A DNA stretch of 63,489 bases, counting the filler, from Octopus bimaculoides (lineage: Eukaryota), in assembly GCF_001194135.2 (NCBI RefSeq). It is 4 parts of 4 records of this genome, joined end to end, with 100 filler letters (N's around TTAATTAATTAA, not from the genome) between each part and the next. Parts side by side here need not be neighbours in the genome. Positions count along the whole stretch, not along the records: positions 50,016 to 62,370 come from NC_068991.1; positions 62,471 to 63,489 come from NW_026335443.1; 2 more parts are not named here. One strand, written 5' to 3'. Made by a program: the position numbers and the translations under genes. This document shows positions 60,486-63,489 of the stretch, piece by piece (the first letter of the stretch is position 1; each line of letters begins with the position of its first letter). The notes below the pieces were generated by a model. It had not been told where the DNA came from. It made no database searches and saw only the letters and a list, made by a program, of their open reading frames with translations.

Positions 60486-62325
60486 ATCGATTGTGATGCG
60501 TTGTTCGTTTTATTTCCTGAAGCGTGATAACTCATGGTAGTAATCAAGTCGGACACTAAGAAGTGGTCAGCGGAGAGGCCAGATGTGTTGAAATGAAACG
60601 TCATTGGTTGAACATGCTGCAAAAATGCTTCCAGGTTCAATCATGCAGACGACATCTTTTTTTTTATATTTTACCAAAATGAAAGGTGCCGCATAATTTA
60701 TATGTGATGTGCAGTTAAAGATTTGATAATTTTGTACAGGTATTGTACAGGTTCTTGGTTGTTGTGGCGTTATTGAAGCAAGGGTATAAGTGCGACATAT
60801 GTGATGAGCACACTTGAAAATGCAAGATTGGGGATGATTAAAGTTAGTCAGCTCGTAACTGATTGCAGAAGATTACATTTGTTTTGATGGAGCAGTAAAA
60901 TCGTGCAGAAAGAATCGGAACGGTTAGCGGTCAGAAAGCAAAACCTGGAAGTTGCAGAGAAGAGAACGTTTCAATGGGAGAGTAACCTGATGGAGGGTAA
61001 ATGAGTAAGGAATCTTGACTGTGGAGGGTAAGAAAACAACGAAACTTCTCTAATGTGATTCGCCATTTTAACACATCTGCCACACACCTTAACCACAACA
61101 GAGCATCAAACTCAAGGAAACACAAAGAAGACGCAATCTAGGAATATCATTTACTCTTGTTTCAAAGAACGGCTCTCCATTCCTTCCTAATCGCACTACA
61201 TCTGCATTCTTCTATGCATGTATGACATTTAAATGCATTTAAATAAATACTCTTAACCCGTTTTTTTTTTTTTTTTCATTTTAGTTCTATCATTTTCAAA
61301 TTTCAGCTTCATTTATATCTTAATTTCAACGAGGAAGTGAGAAAATACAAGCTGATATCACAGTCTCAGTTGTCTATACGTATGTGCGACCACGTTTTTC
61401 TGTGCTCTTATTATCTGTATATGGGTTTATGTGTGTAATGACATGGTTGTGAATGCAAATATGTTGGTGGCAAATTTCTTTTTACAGTCACTGAGCTGAA
61501 CAACAAAAACATCCTTNNNNNNNNNNNNNNNNNNNNNNNNNNNNNNNNNNNNNNNNNNNNNNNNNNNNNNNNNNNNNNNNNNNNNNNNNNNNNNNNNNNN
61601 NNNNNNNNNNNNNNNNNNNNNNNNNNNNNNNNNNNNNNNNNNNNNNNNNNNNNNNNNNNNNNNNNNNNNNNNNNNNNNNNNNNNNNNNNNNNNNNNNAGC
61701 AATGTGAGCATTACGTTAAATGTAAAATGTAGCCTTTTTGGTCTGGCTAAATTAAAATGTTTTATGTATTCTTCCTTCCCACTTGGGTTGTTTAAATGTA
61801 GTTACAATAATATGTCCTTCTACTGAAATGAAATTTCAGTAAATTTTCTGTATCTATGTGCAGCTGAAGATTGCTCTGCATTTTACATTTAATGTAATGC
61901 TCACATTGCTTAAATAAATGGAGTCGCATGAAACGATCGTACTGCATTAACCTTGAATATCCTTGTTGCTTATTCTGATGTTTGATCATCTTATTTTGGA
62001 ATTGTTTGGATAATATCATACTTACTTCTGGTGTCTAAACTTAAGTACCATATTCCCCTTGAATCTAAAATTTATATATATATATATATCACTCACTCGC
62101 TTGATCGTATTCATCCTCCTCCTCGGATGCACAAAAAATAGACTCGCTGTCATTTCTTGAGCCTCAATATTATGGCAAAATGCTCATTGACTAACTGACT
62201 ATAGATGAATAGAAATTTTTCGTCCGTAACGCCGGACGCTCTTCTTCCAACACCAATCCACAAAAAGCTTTAAATGATACACAGACGTGCGTAAGCATAC
62301 ATACGTACGTACGTACATACATACA

Positions 62326-62358
<33 letters not shown>

Positions 62359-62370
62359 GTATATATATAT

Positions 62371-62470
62371 NNNNNNNNNNNNNNNNNNNNNNNNNNNNNN
62401 NNNNNNNNNNNNNNTTAATTAATTAANNNNNNNNNNNNNNNNNNNNNNNNNNNNNNNNNNNNNNNNNNNN
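62371..62470. other. Artificial scaffold-join linker
   Basis: N44-TTAATTAATTAA-N44. Confidence 0.95.
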
Positions 62471-62804
62471 CGAAAAAGTGGAAAATGTGGATTTCTATAA
62501 ACATTCAAAAAGGCTTCACATAAACACACAATTTCAGATTTATATATTAAGATTCACATTTATGTGCCACTGTCCTCAGCGTTTTGCTGTTGATACCATA
62601 AAATATGAACAATATTTTTATTAAAGACATGAAATTATAATGATTTTTCAGATAATAACTGACAGTATACATCTATATCCTGTGTGTGAATTTTCTGTCC
62701 ATTCATTTGTCGAGCTTCTTAAATTTTTCAAACTTAAATATATGTGTGTGTGTGTGTAATTTCAAACACTGTACTATCAACTCACAAATACAGTACAATC
62801 AACA

Positions 62805-63240
62805 TTTACAGGACCCGAAGGCACTACAATCCCTAAGTCACAGGCAGTAAAACACTTGGGGATCAGTATGTGCAATGATGCATCATTTCAATGCACATTA
62901 GCAAAGTGCAGACAACTGACAGGATTGATACTGGGGTCCATCAAGACAAGAGACCAAGAAATTATGTTGACCCTGTGGAGAACCTTTGTTCTCAGCCACC
63001 TGGAACACTGCTCCCACTTATGGTCACCACATAGTGCCCAGCTAACAGTGGAGCTTGAAGCAGTCCAATGCCGCTACACTAAAAAGATTGAAACAGTGCA
63101 GCAGATGAGCTACAGAGATAGGCTAAGAAAACTACAGTTTTGAACCAACATCCTGACATGAGGTACGGACAAGTGCAGTGGAATCAAACTTCCTCATACA
63201 CCAAATGTACCAACAGCTGGGACAAAGGTATAGACAGGAA
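62805..63240 (+). mobile_element. CR1/L2-type LINE ORF2 C-terminal fragment
   Basis: KHLGISM...LWRTFVLSHLEHCSHLWSPH...LEAVQCRYTKKI...MSYRDRLRKL matches the CR1-clade pattern LYKSLVRPHLEYCxxxWSP...LExVQRRxTK...LSYxERL. Confidence 0.8.
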
Positions 63241-63489
63241 TGGTGATATGAAACACCCAGACTGAGGAAGTCAGAAAGACCGTGCTGGTGCTCCAGCATG
63301 ACCATGGCCACATGGCTGAAACGAGTAAAAGAGTAATATATATATACATACATACCTTAGGAAGAACATTCGAAAATGAACAACCCAAATTAAGGATATT
63401 TACTAAGGTAAGACAAGTTTTTCATGTTTTGTTGCACACACGCAGTGAAGCTATACAATAGCGTCGTATTTATATCGATTGCTATTGTC

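Noticed and set aside
456-63388. Most long ORFs in the supplied track (poly-X, YIYI, CVCV, ERER, poly-I/L)
   Set aside because: They are translations of N gaps and di- or trinucleotide microsatellites, not genes.

Overview
Animal genomic DNA from a draft assembly: AT-rich, full of microsatellites, with many N gaps. The SINE/LINE repertoire suggests a cephalopod, probably Octopus (inference). Three artificial 100-bp linkers (N44-TTAATTAATTAA-N44 at 26696, 49916, 62371) show that four scaffolds were joined here. Two convergent spliced genes can be rebuilt by hand. (1) On the + strand, eight consecutive in-phase exons (1087-12425, 333 codons plus a split codon) encode an NRF-6/OACYL-like membrane acyltransferase. 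Its 5' exons lie before the window and its last exon is not visible (probably in the 12573-13391 gap). (2) On the - strand are the last two coding exons of UBE2G1 (26385-26207, 23995-23912); its 5' exons are not visible. Almost all listed ORFs are microsatellite, N-gap or repeat artefacts. The rest is transposon-derived: several SINE-like families, Tx1/L1, CR1 and Dong/R4-like LINE fragments, Penelope-like termini with hammerhead ribozyme motifs, MITEs, and a non-autonomous Helitron. The most notable observation is that the Helitron in intron 3 (4683-6186) carries an antisense, splice-site-bounded exon encoding [18 protein letters not shown]..., a PCNA-binding PIP-box N-terminus resembling nuclear uracil-DNA glycosylase (UNG2), i.e. 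a probable gene-capture event. Also notable are a 296-bp intronic foldback containing a hammerhead core and several other hammerhead-like motifs. I found no evidence of a novel multi-gene system; 27-62 kb has no coding exon I can support.
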